Positions 11,088 to 23,857 of a stretch of 64,000 bases of DNA are shown piece by piece. This stretch comes from Pseudovirgaria hyperparasitica. Its lineage: Eukaryota. The DNA is taken from the NCBI GenBank assembly GCA_010093815.1, contig ML996578.1. One strand, given 5' to 3'. The notes under the pieces are model-generated. The model was not told the DNA's origin. It ran no database searches and saw only the letters and a program-made list of their open reading frames with translations. Numbering within the stretch: the first letter of the stretch is position 1; each line of letters starts with the position of its first letter. The position numbers were made by a program, and so were the translations under genes.

Positions 11088-13710
11088 ACACATCAATCGT
11101 GGCAGCACGGCGTTGTGGTAAAGGCGGATAAAGGAAGGTTATCGTAGGCGGGTTCGCGACAAGAAGATGGCAGTGGATGCGATTCGTCGAAAGGCGTACA
11201 CGTGCCAACGTGGTACCTGGAACGAACGGGGGGGGGATGGCGCTGTCGAGCCGATCCGTTGGTGGTCAGCTTGCTGTGAGGTGTGGTTTCTTGGAAGGCT
11301 GGAAGAAGAAAAACGGCTAAGAAGGTTCAAGGATTAAAGAAGATGGTGTAGGGTAATTCGTTTTGCTTGTTCCCGTCAGTTGTTGACCAAAGCAGTTGTT
11401 GAAGAATGTAGCGAACGAAAGAAGCTGTCGAGAGACCGGGAAAGTCAAATGGCGCGGGTCGAGTAGGAGCAGCGGAAGTTTAGCATAAAATGTTGAGAGA
11501 CGGGCAGCGGCGAATTATGGATTGTAGCAGGCGACTGAAGAGGACATCTTTATTGCAGACGCTGTGATAATCTCTTTGTTGAGAGTGTTTTGTGTCGTGT
11601 TTTGGTTGTGTCGCTCGATCGCGATGACGATGCACGTTGCGGCGTGGCTGCAGCTGCTCGTCATCCATGGTCTGCCTGGCTGCCTGGATGCCTGAATGCC
11701 TGAATGCCTGGATATTTGGATGTCTGTAAAGTCATCAAGGTGCCTGAATTATGGCCTCAGGCTAATTATAGCCTCAGGCTCTATATAATTTTCTTCCATC
11801 ACACACCTCGGTAAGACTGCGCGGTTTGTTTGCATTGTGGCTTTTGCTTCGCGTCCAAGGTTTCGGATTCATTCCACCTGTGATCTGTTGTCCAACATAG
11901 GCAGGAGGAATGGAATTATAACCCTGCGTATATAATAATACTAGTAATTGTGTGAGGTTGCACGGCATATAAAGTCCAGCTCTTGTGTTCCTCATTACTT
12001 TCTCCATGTCAATGCTCCGTTTCATCTGACTCTCCGAGTCAGGCCGACTTGCCTACTCCCCAGTCAATATCATGAAGTTTTGAATGCACTCCAGCTCCAG
12101 CTCCGGCTCCAGAAACAGTACCAGCATGTGGTTTCGATCGCTCGACTTTCCACTTGCCTATATACTCCAGCACAGGCTTCGAAGATTCAACACAACAGAG
12201 TGGTACCTCAGGCACATGTCCTCAGCCGCAATACCGTGATTATACCGGGCGGACGTTTTCACAGCTCTGGAAAGGCCTGCGTCGCTCCTCATTCGTCATC
12301 TTCGGGCGACGCTCCAATCATAGTGCTGGCTCATGGCTTCAACAACAGAATACGGCTACTTCCAAGTCTCCTTTCGCTCCTTTTGGCCTGGAGCTAACCG
12401 GCAGAGAATAGCATCTGTTACCAGTTCGGGTCTCCTCTGGATATAGACAGCCACAGGCGTGGAGAAGACGGCGAGTGATCAACAGAAAGCGGAACACGGC
12501 AACGTGCATGTCTAGCCACAGATGCGCTTAACCTTCTCAATCCATCTTGTTGCATGCATCTCGACTACGACGACCACGACCATAGGTGGCTTGGGCACTG
12601 TCAGGCCTCGCATGGAGTTTGTTCGACATGTTCAAGAGCCGGTTATTTTGATGGTCCAGGCCATAGGTATGTCTCCGCGCTGCACGGATGCCAGACCTAA
12701 TATTACCGAAGGTCGAGCTCGAGGTCGAGGGCCAGTTTGCGGTCAAGTACGCTGTACAGGCAAAAGTGCGCCGCCATGCATGCGGGTATGGATTGGATGA
12801 AGCAGCGGGGGGGAGAAGCAAGAAAAGCAAGTTGGTGGTGTCCCCTCTTGCAACCGCCTACCACACACACTACACCGCATCATCATTCAATCTGCTCTCG
12901 AGCCAACATTAATGTTGCTATATCGACGTTATTTGCTACTCGTAGTGCATTTGGCACTCCCGTCGCCCGTCGACCGTTGCCCACTAACCGCTGCCCGTCG
13001 CCAACGGATGGATAGAATAGCGGGGGTGGGCTCGACGCAACACGCTGCACCCGGCACGCTCGACGCCAGCCATGAAGCTGCAGTTCGGGAGTTTGAGTTT
13101 TTCTTATGCTTTACTCTGCGTTGACGTGACGTAGCTCTGCTCACTTCTCCTTGAGGTGATCCCCTCTTCAAATCGCACCGAGTCTGGATGTCTGGGACGG
13201 TGCTCGCGCCAACGTAAGCAAATATTGAAGACGAAAAAGGTAATGGAAAACGGGCCTTTGTCTGTTGTTACCACGCAAATCCAATCTCCTCACCTTCTCT
13301 CCCCTCCTCCACTTGCGGCCTTTCTCTCACATGAGCAGTGTGTCGTGGGCATTGATAGCTGTGGGGCTGGCTCATGGAAGTCAAGGTACCGACTCGTACC
13401 CTACCATACATCACCTGGGGCATGCTTTGATCGGCTTATGAACGGCTGCACAATAGGTGCCAATCACTTAGGCCCGGATCCCGTTACCATCTTCCCATGG
13501 CTCCCATGCCTCTACATTGACATTCATCCATGGCAGCAGCCTCTTATCATCTTCCGAGCACCAGCTCACCTTACTTAGCCTTTGCAGCTTCACCTTCCGC
13601 CAGACGTACTACTACTACATACCCTTCCTAGCCGCTCCTAGCTTTCTTGTTCTTTGACATCCCACCCACTCATCTCGCTCTTCTGGCCAGGACAAGCTGC
13701 CCTCCTCATA

Positions 13711-15907
13711 ATGGACCCCCATAATCTTGAGAAAGAGTCTATACCGCGTGCGCCGGGTGAGGCAAGATATCTTGACTTCCCCGCTCGTCCAGCAGATGCT
13801 GTCCGTGATGGTAAACCCGTACTGAACCGCCATTCTTCCACTCTCACCAACGACCATGACTTTCCTGGAGCTCAGGTATTCTTCTATTCGTTTGCAGTAC
13901 ACATGCGCTAGCACTTACTCTCCGTCAAGGCCATGTTGTACGCCGCAGGTGTGTCTGACGAAAATGCCATGAAAAATGCGCCGCACGTAGGTGTGGCTAG
14001 TGTTTGGTGGGAGGGGAATCCTTGCAAGTGAGTACTTTCAGCATTCCATGCATCCCACATCCCACACCAATCGTAAGCTGACATGATTGCTCAGCACGCA
14101 TTGTGGGTGGTATCTATTCTACGGACCATGACCGCAATCACTTACAACTGTAGTGTTGGAGCTGGGAAAGACGACCAAACAGGCAGTCCAAAAGCTTGGT
14201 ATGATAGGATGGCAGTACAACACCATCGGAGGTAAGTCCGACCTCTGAGTGTCGACTTCTTCGTCAACTAAAACCGGTTTCCAGTATCTGATGGTATAAC
14301 CATGGGTGGGGAGGGTGAGTACGTCCGATACGGGACATGTTGCTCAACATTGACGTCAACCTAGGAATGCGATTCTCTCTCCAATCTCGAGAAATCATCG
14401 CCGACAGCATAGGTAAGCCCAAGCTTATTATACGTCGTCGATGAGCTACAACTGATTTTTGTTAGAAACCGTCACGTGTGCTCAGCATCACGATGCCTGC
14501 ATTGCTATTCCTGGTTGTGACAAGAACATGCCGGGTACTATCATTGCCTTTGCCCGTCATGATCGCCCATCTATCATGATCTATGGCGGCACCATCATGC
14601 CCGGCTACAGCAATACTCTCAAGAAGCGTATCAACATCACGACATGCTATGAAGCTTCTGGTGCTTACCTCTACAACACTCTCACGAGCAAGGATCCCAA
14701 CGTATCGGCAAGTCAAGTTATGACTGACATTGAGCAACACGCGTGTCCAGGTGTGGGAGCTTGCGGAGGAATGTACACTGCCAACACCATGGCCAGCGGT
14801 ATTGAGGCCATGGGCCTTTGCCTGCCCGGTTCATCAAGCACACCTGCCGAGTCGCCTCAGAAAATGAGAGAATGCCAGAAGGCTGCCGAGGCAATTCGCG
14901 TGTGTCTCGAGAAGAATATTCGACCCCGAGACTTGCTCACAAAACGTTCTTTTGAGAACGCCATGGTCCTGATGATGGCTCTCGGTGGTTCTACTAACGG
15001 AGTGCTGCATTACCTCGCTATGGCTGGGACTGCTGGTGTAGACCTCACCCTCGATGACTTCCAGCGCGTATCCAACAAGATACCGTTTATCGCAGATCTC
15101 GCACCTAGTGGCAAGCACGTGATGGCTGATCTTTATGAGATTGGAGGCATTCCATCTGTGCTGAAGCTGCTCATTGCTGCCGAACTGCTAGACGGTGGTA
15201 TCCCAACTGTGACTGGCAAGACATTGGCGGAAAACGTTGCAACCTGGCCATCACTTAAGCAAGGACAGGAGATCATTCGCTCACTGGACAATCCCATAAA
15301 AGCTACAGGTCATATTGAGATCTTGCGAGGCAACCTAGCTCCTGGTGGCGCTGTCGCTAAGCTTACTGGTAAAGAAGGTATGACCTTTACCGGCAAGGCT
15401 CGTGTTTTCGACAAGGAGTGGCAGTTGAATCAAGCTCTGAATCGTGGCGAAATTCCCAGGGGAGAGAACCTGGTGCTTGTTGTGAGATACGAGGGTCCCA
15501 AGGTCGGCTTTTTAACTTCCCATGACAAAAACTTCTACTGATCTATACAGGGTGGACCCGGTATGCCAGAGCAGCTCAAGGCTAGCGCTATTCTCATGGG
15601 AGCGAAACTCACCAACGTAGCCTTGATCACCGATGGACGATATTCTGGCGCAAGTCACGGCTTCATTGTCGGTCATATCGTACCAGAGGCAGCAGTCGGA
15701 GGACCTTTGGCGGTCGTCCAGGACGGTGATATAATCACCATCGACGCCGTCACTAACTCTCTTAGCATGAACGTCTCTGATGAGGAGGTTGCCAACCGCC
15801 TCAAGTCTTGGACAGCACCAAAACCGGCCGTAACTCGTGGAACTTTGGCGAAATACGCAGCCTTGGTTGGAGATGCTAGTCGCGGTGCTATGACGGATCT
15901 ATTCTGA
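13711..15907 (+). CDS. ILV3: Dihydroxy-acid dehydratase (IlvD/Edd family), ILV3 paralogue; exons 13711-13875, 13930-14027, 14095-14102, 14154-14231, 14285-14314, 14365-14412, 14466-15502, 15551-15907
   Basis: The spliced product has GAQAMLYAAG, WEGNPCNTHLL, TIGVSDGITMG, SLQSREIIADSIE, PGCDKNMPG, GACGGMYTANTM, YEGPKGGPGMPE and ITDGRYSG. All seven introns are GT-AG. Confidence 0.92.
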
Positions 15908-16833
15908 GCCAGTTACCGTGCTTGGTCGTAATGTGTAATGGGCGTGGCCGATTACGATTTGTTCTCGTTGCAGGCATGCTTCACCTTGAGCGCTTTCGGC
16001 ATTTGTTGCTCTTCGCTTCTAGTTTCAGGGCTTCTATCGGCGGGTGATGAAGCCGCGTTTGATCCGATTGCATCAATGTTATTTGTAGACGGCGTATGGG
16101 ACATAGATGGGAAGAATGTCTTCACGTGAGCTGGCAGACAGTCACGTGCTGGACGCAATCGCACTATGTGATTCTCAGATCTCCATGCATCTTCATCTGT
16201 CCTCACTTGACATGAACGTGTTCAACATCCAGTTGCCACCTCACTCTCTTCACAGTCGCATGCCAGCATTATGTATTCTCACTTACTTTGGCTCTAGACA
16301 CCAATATTTCTGGCTCAGATGGAGCCAAGAAGTTTCAAGATGCCGTTGCCGATCACTAAATCACGACATCTACACTAGTTAAGGCGTGTGCTCGGTAACA
16401 GCTTACATTACTGCACAGGAACAGCTTACAGTGACGCCCCAAACGTCATCGTTGAAACGAATTACTTCTTTTGGACTGCCGCCCAGCCATGGTGTCTAAC
16501 TCGCGATACTGTCGAATGTAATGTTTCGTCTTACATACTCTGCTACAATCAAGCCACTGTCATGGCACAATATTACATCAATCCTCCACCCAGGATCATG
16601 CCCAGGCCGACGACGTAAATGTTGGCATGTATTGCGCGTGGCTGCCATGCGAGCAGCTATAACCTCCTTGTGTCCATCTGTCTCTCCTTGGTGATGCTAT
16701 AGACACGCCAGTCAGTGAGGCAGGTCATCCTGGGATATCTAAATATCTCTTCATATATATATTGCTCAGACTTTCAAGGATTAGCACGTTTGATCTCATA
16801 CTTCTTTCTAGACAAGCCAGCTGATTAGCTGGT

Positions 16834-18478
16834 ATGGCATCAGCAGAGAAGCAAGAGCTAGGATCGCAGGGACTAGGCGATGCAAAAGATACCACGCTGA
16901 ATTCCGGTTCGCCAGGCACAGACTCTGATATTGAAGCATTCGATACCAATATTGACGAGAAGCGACTGCTCCGCAAGATTGACATCCATCTCTTGCCTGC
17001 AGTTGCCGTACTGTACCTCCTCTCTTTTCTCGACCGCAGCAATGTTGGCAATGCGAGGCTCGAGGGTCTCACTACTGATCTAGGCATGAGTACGTACACG
17101 CAATTATATGACAGAATGGTCCTGACGATATATTAACACCTGCGCAGCTGGAAATCAATACCTTACATCTCTTACACTTTACTTCATCGGTTATGTTGTC
17201 TTTGAAATCCCCTGCAATATCATCCTGAAACGAACTACGCCCAAATTCTGGCTCCCTACGTTGACACTCCTGTGGGGGGTCGTGGCCACGCTCATGGGCA
17301 TCACGCAGAACCTCAAGGGCTTCTTCGCCGTGCGCTTCTTTCTCGGTGTCGCCGAATCAGGCCTTTTTCCAGGCGTCGTGTACTACTTCAGCATGTGGTT
17401 CAAGCGCAACGAGCGCCAGTACCGTGTAGCACTTTTCTTCAGCATGGCCAGTCTGGCAGGTGCCTTTGGCGGCATCCTGGCCTACGGAATCGGCTTCATG
17501 CGCGGCGTAGGTGGGCTTGCCGGCTGGCGCTGGATCTTCATCCTCGAAGGCCTCCTGACTGTCGTCGTCGCCTCGTTTGCATATCTCTTCGTCAGCAACT
17601 ATCCAGGTACGAGTGACTTTCTAACACCCGCCGAACGAACATTTGTCGTCCAGCGTCTACGAGAGGACAGTGATGCTACAGAAGACGAGGCGTTCGACTG
17701 GGCCAGCGTGCGCAACGCCCTACGCGATCCAAAGTGCTGGCTCTACGGCCTAGTCTTCCACACCCTCAGCCTCCCGCTATACACCCTCTCTCTCTTCCTA
17801 GTATGTCTCCCTCCTCACCTCCCTCGCACCCAACCTATCTACTAACCCGTCCTCCCTCCTTAGCCCAGCATCATCACCGCCCTCGGCTACACCGCCGCCA
17901 CAGCCCAACTCCTCACCGTACCCCCCTACGCCCTCGCCACCATCCTCACCCTCCTCCTCGCCATCCTCTCCGAACGCCTTCAAACCCGCGCCGTCTTCAT
18001 AATCTGCACCTCCTCTCTCGGCGCCCTCGGCTACATCCTCCTCCTCGCGAACCCAGACCCACGCCACCGGCCCGCGCTCTCATACGCAGGCACCTTCCTC
18101 GCCGCCGCAGGCATATACCCGTCCGTGGCGCTGGGCCTCTCGTGGCCTGCCCTCAACGTCAGCGGGCAGACGAAGCGCGCCACGGCGACGGCCATGCAGA
18201 TCAGCATTGGCAATTTGGGCGCTGTGCTGGGTACGCAGCTGTATCGCCCCGCGACTATGCCGCGGTATCTGCTCGGACACGGATTTGCGCTCGGGTATCT
18301 GGTGGCGAATGTCGTGGTTGTGGCTGTGTTGAGGAGCGTGTTGGTGCGTGAGAATGCGCGGAAGGAGAGGTTGGCGGCGGCAGATGGGGCGGGGGATGCT
18401 GATGTGAATAGGGGCGAGGTCGAGGGCCGAAGAAAGATTGAGGGCGACGAGAGGGTGGAGTGGAGGTTTAGTTATTGA
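16834..18478 (+). CDS. MFS anion:cation symporter (Dal5/Tna1-like allantoate or nicotinate permease family); exons 16834-17089, 17148-17800, 17864-18478
   Basis: EKRLLRKID, LSFLDRSNVGNARL, RFFLGVAESGLFPG, GWRWIFILEG, GQTKRATA; two GT-AG introns keep the frame. Confidence 0.9.
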
Positions 18479-18489
18479 GACATGTATCG

Positions 18490-19140
18490 TATATAGAGCG
18501 AAGACTTGTGTGATACATAACTAGTGAACTAGTATAAGTACAATATTTAGAATATTTCTTCTACCTCCACGTTCTATCTTCAAAAATTGTACCAGATATT
18601 TAAGACTATAACTATATCGAAATAGCCCTTCTAAAACCTTCTAGAGTTATTATTATCTATATTAGATAACAGCTTAGAGTAAGTCTACTACTAATACTAC
18701 TATATACTAAAGAAAAAAACAATAAGAATATTATATTCTACTTTTAGACTTAAGTATATAGTTAGTTCCTCTTTTCTTACTCTTCTTACCCTTTATTCTA
18801 ATTATACTATAACTCTAAATAATATACATCTCTATTAGTAAGTATAAGAAACTCTATAAAACTATGAAAGAGGGTATCTCCGACGTACATAGCACGGGTA
18901 GATGGTATACTGCTTAGCTGTTATAAGATATAGAGTATAGCGTATCACGTATATATCCATATCATTCTACTCAACTACTATTAGATCATAGTGAATAAAG
19001 AACATACATAACAATATCTCTATTAGAATGAAACCCCCTTGTAAAATTTCTAGATATAGAGACCAAGGTACCACAGGAAGACCTCTAAGCACGTATCCCC
19101 AGTTATATAACCCCCTAGTCATCTAAGCTAGATCACACTC
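18490..19140. mobile_element. AT-rich, RIP-like degenerated repeat relic (family not identifiable)
   Basis: Abrupt drop in GC with dense TpA/TAG/CTA and few CpA/TpG, between convergent MFS and F-box genes; no ORF. RIP indices were not computed. Confidence 0.55.
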
Positions 19141-19288
19141 CTCCTCTCCTATCCTATCGGTAGGTAGTAGGTATGCGAAAACCATGCGGATTCTCCCAGC
19201 ACCAACAAACGAGTGACGATCTCGATCGTCGTATCACGATTAAAAGACGGATAAGATAGGGCCAAGCACGCAACAGCGAGAGCAGACC

Positions 19289-20785
19289 TCAATCCAACCC
19301 CGGATACCCACCCGCCACCACCACCAAAACATCCACCTCTCTCCCGGAGCCAACCCTCATCTCTCGAATCTCCTGCGCAGCACGATCGCACTCAGCTTGC
19401 TTCTCCGGCGTCACCGCTCTACCACCACCACCACCATCACCAGACCCAGACCCACACAAAAACACAACCCTCCTCAACCCCAAAGGCTGCCCCCCATCCA
19501 ACCACCGCCCCACCGCCCGCCCAAACCCCCTCCCAATGCCTTCCTCATCATCCGGCCCCGTCACCGCCCACCGATATGCATGCCCGCCCCAATCCCAGTT
19601 ACACATGTCCTCCCCAAACACAACCTCCTCCACCCCAGCAGGAACCACGTCGTCTAGCAGCGGCACTCCACCCCAGCCGAACAGCACCGGGGGCGCAACG
19701 CGCAAGCAGCGCAGGTTACGCAGGAACGACAATGAGCCGAGGGCGCCGCGGATGCCCCAGTCGACGGTGTCGTTGTTGGCGTTGTTGGCGTTGTTGGTGT
19801 TGTTATCGTCAGTGCCAGACACGACGCGGCCCGCCTCCCAGCCGCCGCCGAAGCGCACGTCCACGTCGCTGGTCGTCCACCAATCGACCTGGAGCGCGAG
19901 GTAGGAGAGGAGAAGCGGGGATGGAAGACTGGTGAGAGCGGAGCGCAGAGCAGGGGCGTCGAGGAAGGGGCTGCGGGACTCGGAGGGGTCGGGGTCAGCG
20001 TGCATTGCGAGGAGGAGGGAGAGGGAGTGTAGGGATGGGGTGGTGGCGAGGATGAGGGCGAGGGTGGATTCGCGGATGTGTACGTTTTGGAGATGGAGGG
20101 TTTGGAGGGCGCGGAGCTGGGGGGTTGTGCTGGGGGGCCATGAGGGTGGTGGTGGGGCGTAGTCGCGGCCGGCGAGGGTGAGGGAGGAGAGGGTTGGGAG
20201 GAGGGAGAGGGCGGTGAGGAGGGAGGGGGTGAGAGGGAGGGGGACGGAACCGTGTTCGAGGAGTTTGGGGGAGAGGTAGGTGAGGGAGCGGAGGGCGGTG
20301 AAGGGTTCGATGGGGAGAGACCAGAAGGGGGTGAAGATGAGGGCGGGTTTGGCGTGGAGAGATTGGAGGTTTGAGAGTTGGGCGAGGAATCGGGCGATTG
20401 CGGTTTGTAATGCGGCGACTTTGGATTCGTGGTAGACTTGTTTGAGGACGGGGTCGAGAAGCTGGGCTCGGGGGACGGTGCGTTTGCGTTCATGTTCGAT
20501 AGTGCGGAGGCGTTGGAAGACGGAGAATCCGTCAAGAGAGACGTGCTTGATGAGCGGTGGCAGGGCTGGATTGCGTGCAAACAGGTTCGTTACAGCATTA
20601 TCTAGTATGCGCAACAGATAGGTTGCAGATGAGGAATGTGAGAGTTCGAGGCGGATGGACTCGTAGTAGCGAATCCGAGCAGCTTTGTTGAGTGAATGAC
20701 AGCATAGCCGGACATTGGCGAGGTCTTCAGATCCAAGTGGTAAGGTAATCTGGATCTGGATCTCTGCTGGAAGCTGCTGAAGCAT
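19289..20785 (-). CDS. F-box domain protein with LRR/RNI-like C-terminal region (intronless)
   Basis: N-terminal F-box-like MLQQLPAEIQIQITLPLGSEDLANVRLCCHSLN; repeated LxxLxxLxL segments (LSNLQSLH, LRSLTY, LPTLSSLTL, LQTLHL, LRNLRCLRV). Confidence 0.7.
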   Translation of the reverse strand: MLQQLPAEIQIQITLPLGSEDLANVRLCCHSLNKAARIRYYESIRLELSHSSSATYLLRILDNAVTNLFARNPALPPLIKHVSLDGFSVFQRLRTIEHERKRTVPRAQLLDPVLKQVYHESKVAALQTAIARFLAQLSNLQSLHAKPALIFTPFWSLPIEPFTALRSLTYLSPKLLEHGSVPLPLTPSLLTALSLLPTLSSLTLAGRDYAPPPPSWPPSTTPQLRALQTLHLQNVHIRESTLALILATTPSLHSLSLLLAMHADPDPSESRSPFLDAPALRSALTSLPSPLLLSYLALQVDWWTTSDVDVRFGGGWEAGRVVSGTDDNNTNNANNANNDTVDWGIRGALGSLSFLRNLRCLRVAPPVLFGWGGVPLLDDVVPAGVEEVVFGEDMCNWDWGGHAYRWAVTGPDDEEGIGRGFGRAVGRWLDGGQPLGLRRVVFLCGSGSGDGGGGGRAVTPEKQAECDRAAQEIREMRVGSGREVDVLVVVAGGYPGLD

Positions 20786-21175
20786 GTTGAGTTGACCGAT
20801 CTTCTGTACGCTCAGACGTGACGGATTGACGAAAAGACTAGTGAAGCAGAACGATGTAAGGTGGATTTCGACGACATATAGGCATACACCTTTCAACAAG
20901 TCCTTTCAATAATTCCAGGTACCGGTGACGCCAGAAGTATACGTAAGCCTTGTAGATGAAGTTTTGTGTTGATGTTGAAATTCGTAGGCAGACACATTTC
21001 AATATGACCTAATTAGCTAGACTGACGCGGACTTAGGTTGACACTTTTGGAGGCTTGGCATTTACTCGGAATCTCCACGTGGATACGGTAATTCGTGTCT
21101 GTCAGACTCATACAGTGCTTCGCATTACGTGCAAGTCTATCCGTTCTGGGGACAAAATGATTGATATACCAGCAA

Positions 21176-23035
21176 CTAGCTACTCCGAGAACCTCTTGGC
21201 TCAAAGGGAAACAGCGCCGCAACGAGAGCCATGACAACGTAAAGCGCGGCGCATATATAGATCGGCACTGCGGTTCTCGGCTACATTCAAGTCAGCTCTC
21301 AGACTTTGAAGCACCGTGTCGGCAATACTCACATCTGCTTCCTCCGCAATGATTGCACTCAATATTCCCATAACGCGATTGAAACCCACCGCAAATCCGT
21401 TCCCGGTCCCGCGATGAGCAGACGGTAGCACTTCGGGCGTGTACGCATACAAAGTTCCGTAGTAAATATTCAGACAGAAGTTGATAGCACAATTGAATCC
21501 CAGGTTCTGGGCTGCGGTACGAACTTGCGTGTACGCGAATAGAAACACCATCGTGGTGAGCGCTCCAATGACCATGGTATACTTTCGACCAAGCCTAGTC
21601 TCACACATGAAGCCAGCTGGAATAGGCCCGAAGATGCCGCACATGTTGATGATAGCGTAATTCCGCCACTGAATATACTCGGACGTCGTGCCCACAGCCG
21701 CACCGCGCGACTCGAGATATTTCGGGAGAAGGACGGTGTACAATGGATATGCCAGACCGATGAGCGTCCAGGAGAACCATATCATGGCGGTGGAGGTGCC
21801 GATACGGCGTGTTGTAAAGAGACCACGAAGGTGGAGGCCGATCTCTGCGAGCGAGGCTCGTTTGCTTGCGTGCGCGACGGAGTTACGACGAACCTGTGAG
21901 TCTATGATGCCACAGGCTTCAAGGCTCGCGAGGGTTAGGCTACAGGGGCGATTGTACTTTGTAGCGATCTCTTGGAGGGTCTCGACAACTTCGGCGTCTT
22001 TGCCTTCGCCGATAAGGTACTTTGGAGTTTCCTTGAGACGGATGACAGAGACACGCGCAATGGACATGACGAACACAAGAGCACCAGAGGCGAACCAGAC
22101 GTAGCGCCAACCCCAGTTGATGCCGCGCGTGCAAGGAGCGGCGTCAGGGAAGATTGTGGGATCCTGACAACTGAAGTTCGGGATGAACGCCCACGCAAAG
22201 AGGCCTGCGATGAGCTGGCCAACGCCTCGGAAAGGTCAGCACATGTCGAAAGAAGATTGAATATATCAGTACTAACCCCACCATGCGGCCATCAGCGTCA
22301 AGAGCCACTGTTGCTTACTAGGAAGATACTCCAAGAAGACTGCTGTATCAAGGACCTGATATAGTCGCTCATTAGCACATTCAATAAACCAGAATATGGT
22401 AGACATGATGCTTACAAGGTTTCCACCTGCACCAAAGCTGCACAGTGCAATAAAGGTCCCAAGAACAGGCCAGCTTGGTGAAGCACCCGCCACTATAGCA
22501 AACACCGAGCAGAAGATCAAGGAGAAGTTGAATGCGAATTTGCGTCCGATTATATCGGCACTCATGCCCCAAAAAAGCGCACCAGCAAGCATACCACAGT
22601 AGGCTGCGATGGTTAAGGCAGTGTCATATGATGGATGGAACTCAAGAGCGGCTTTGCTGGCGATGACAGACTGTATCAGTAGAACGAGCGAGTCGACAGC
22701 GTAGCTTGACTTCTTATTAGATGCTGTACAAAGATGATACATGAACTCGTTGAACATACCCAAAGCCGTTCAAGATGAACAGCTTCGTCTGATAGCCGGT
22801 GAAGCCGATCTCGTCAATCGCCTGTAGAGTCTCAGGATCAGAGACACATCCAGGCCAGTCCAAGTCTTACGTTGTTGATGAGATGCATTTTAGCATGCAG
22901 AACCGGGTCTGTATGCTCCAGCGACAAAACATCCTCCTTGTGCGTAGAGTTGACATCGCCGTCGTCGCTCAGCTCCGCCGGACGCCGAAATGGATCGATC
23001 TCTCCATTCTTGAGGGTGTTCTCCGCGTCTGACAT
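21176..23035 (-). CDS. MFS transporter, SV2/sugar-porter-like, multi-exon
   Basis: AIDEIGFTGYQ, SADIIGRKFAFN, GAGGNL, FLEYLPS, LKETPKYL, YAYTPEVLPSAHRGTG; several short GT-AG introns; ends ...FPFEPRGSRSS*. Confidence 0.85.
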
Positions 23036-23857
23036 GGCGTATCTCAACTTTCCATGCGCACGTGAGCCTTGAAATCCTAGCTGTCCCAGCTCTTAGATCC
23101 CAAGTCGTTCAGACTGAAAGATTGGGGATGAAGCACAAAAGGGTAAGTAGCCGGCGCGCAACCACAGTCATGTCATTGCCTTATAAGTGCACCAGTTCCT
23201 TCTTCCGCTACGAGCTTTTTCGGTCCACGGCCCCACCAAGGACAAGGCGACTGGTGGTCGTGTTGTCGGCATTAGTATGCTTTCGTATAAGATCACCCGC
23301 TGTGATTGGCGCCGATTGCACATCGAGTTGCAACCTTTCCAAACCTCGTGTGATCGTTAGTGCTTGCATGGATGCGACATCATCGTCATCATCCTTTGAA
23401 CGCCGTTCTGTGCTGGCCATTTAGAGACAAGCGCCGAGCGCTGGGGACGTTGTCAACCCGTCCTAGGAGCACGTGCACTATCCTCAAGCTTGGCTTCACG
23501 ATCCGAACTGCTGTTACATGTCGCATACGAAAGAGGTCAAGACGTTCAGAGGCGCAAATGGTAGGACAGGTGTCATGGCGAAATGCATCAAGGTTTTCGG
23601 GTATTATCTTCCGTCCGTAGCAAGTACATAACCGCTGCCGCTAAGACTTTGACAGTATAGACATGCCTCATCTTCAAAGTCAATAAATTTCATCCTTCGG
23701 CGTTCCCACTGGTAATGCCCTAGGACGAAGCATTGTCCTGCATGTCCTTTGAAACACCAAATAACTCCACGCTGTACGCCGTCGATAAACGCTGCATTAA
23801 TAGTACAGACCCTGGAGATGGGTGCGACCGATAAAAGAGCGAAGCGCAAATGCTTCG

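Noticed and set aside
11100..13700. Short ORFs in the 2.6-kb divergent intergenic region, plus the TGCCTG(A/G)A repeats and twin GCCTCAGGC near 11680-11780
   Set aside because: No recognisable protein motifs or consistent exon chain; the repeats are too short to assign a function.
13711..15907. ILV3 copy as an AstD-like self-resistance gene marking a secondary-metabolite cluster
   Set aside because: No terpene cyclase, P450, PKS or NRPS in the window; neighbours are transporters and housekeeping genes.
19654..20580. 308-aa Ser/Pro-rich ORF, and similar overlapping or antisense ORFs within RPC34, PHO8, THR1-AIRS and ATG28
   Set aside because: Alternative-frame shadows caused by GC-rich, skewed codon usage of the real genes.
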